64,000 nt of DNA from Octopus sinensis (taxonomy: Eukaryota). The stretch covers positions 12,214,001-12,278,000 of the forward strand of contig NC_042998.1 of assembly GCF_006345805.1 (NCBI RefSeq), given 5' to 3'. Positions within the stretch are counted from its first letter, which is position 1. Each line of letters opens with the position of its first letter. Both the position numbers and the translations under genes were made by a program. Below the pieces are notes generated by a model. That model was given only the letters and a program-made list of their open reading frames with translations. It did no database searches and was not told the origin of the DNA. Of the stretch, positions 62,801 to 64,000 are shown one piece after another.

Positions 62801-64000
62801 CTTCCCTGAAGACCTGAAAAGTTGGCTGTGTTGATATGCATAACTGAAGATAATAGTAGAGGAAAACCATTCCAGTGGGTGCTAGATTTTCTGTCAGGCT
62901 CTATGTTGCATTGGTTTATTTAATTGACTTGTGATGTCATTGAATCAGGGGTTTTTAAGGTTTTAGATGACAGTATGTCTTGTAGTGTCTCAACTGGAAG
63001 GAAGAGTTTAAAATTATGGTTTGGCCTTATTTGAGTGGTTTCTAGTATATCATCTTCTAGAAATGTCTGATAAGTACGTTTAAATTCTGTTAGAATGCAG
63101 GTACATTAGTCGAAGTTACTATTGTGATACTGAAGGTGGTGTGACAGTTGTTATCTACTTCTGACACTATATAATATGTTGTAGATTTGTGTTTCCTGAT
63201 CAATATTAATTTTTCATTTTTTGTAGTTTATTCTCTTCGTTATTACCTTGTCGAATGCTAGATACAGAATTTTATGTCTTGTTATTATTGTATAATCCAG
63301 GTCAGCTCTGATCAACCAGGTTATGAACAAAGATACATCCACTGCATTCTCTTCTCTTTCTTTTCCTTAACTGTGCTAATCTTTTATAAGAGAAGGCCAT
63401 GTTTTATGAAAAATCTGGCTGTAATTTCTAACGAGTCAAGCCTGGGTTGTGATCAAAGAACTAAGAGAAGTCGGTTCTTCTCTGTCGTCATTGTCGCTGC
63501 TTTAAAGGTAATGCTGACCAATATGACATCCAGTTCAACAGCTCAGCAAAACATGCATTTTGCCTTGTTGTGGTTCTTTTTGGTTGTATCGTAATGTTAA
63601 TGAAGCCATGTTTCTCCAACATTCGGCTGATAATCCGACTCAAATACTGACGTCAGACCAGAGTTAAATATATGATTTAACATGCATCTTAACAGCTAAG
63701 AAACATTTATTTCTGTTTGCGAAGTATTGTTATAGAAATTTGCTTCTATATTAATGGAACCTGATTATTGTTTCGATGGACAATATCTAAATGGTTTAAA
63801 ATGATTTACAGCCTATCTGTGTCGCGCGAATACATATGATTATATGTACATATTTAGCTGCTTAACTTCCAACACTAGAAATGTTTAATGTTCAGCAGAT
63901 GGTGGATGACAGGAGAACAATCTATAGAGAAATGAAATATTGCAGGATAGCAGCTGTTCTTCTTCCTTTGCAATTATCTATCTAGCAAGAAATACAACAA

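Overview
AT-rich, microsatellite-dense animal genomic DNA, most likely an octopus (coleoid cephalopod), judged from the recurring tRNA-derived SINE families I recognise. I could not identify any host-gene exon. The ORF track is mostly microsatellite noise plus decayed transposon reading frames, so the window looks intergenic or intronic. Ordinary content: several SINE families, three mariner relics and a mariner MITE, a Kolobok-type MITE, non-autonomous Helitrons, a decayed Gypsy pol, Tx1/L1-like and R4/Dong-like LINE fragments, and an interstitial (TTAGGG)n. The striking signal is about ten short, ORF-less sequence families, with no sequence similarity to each other that I could see outside the ribozyme core. 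Each folds by hand into a type-I hammerhead ribozyme (helix I / CUGANGA / helix II / GAAA / mostly palindromic helix III / NUH); I count 14 copies. Most sit in or beside (TA)n tracts and occur as inverted arms or as inverted, circularly permuted tandem units of 427 and 544/545 bp. This resembles Penelope-like-element pseudo-LTRs or non-LTR retrozymes (self-cleaving, possibly circular RNA retroelements). All folds were paired by eye, and no activity or database search was run. A 1.7-kb inverted duplication at 42.1-45.8 kb has an indel-dominated difference profile and may be a long-read artefact.
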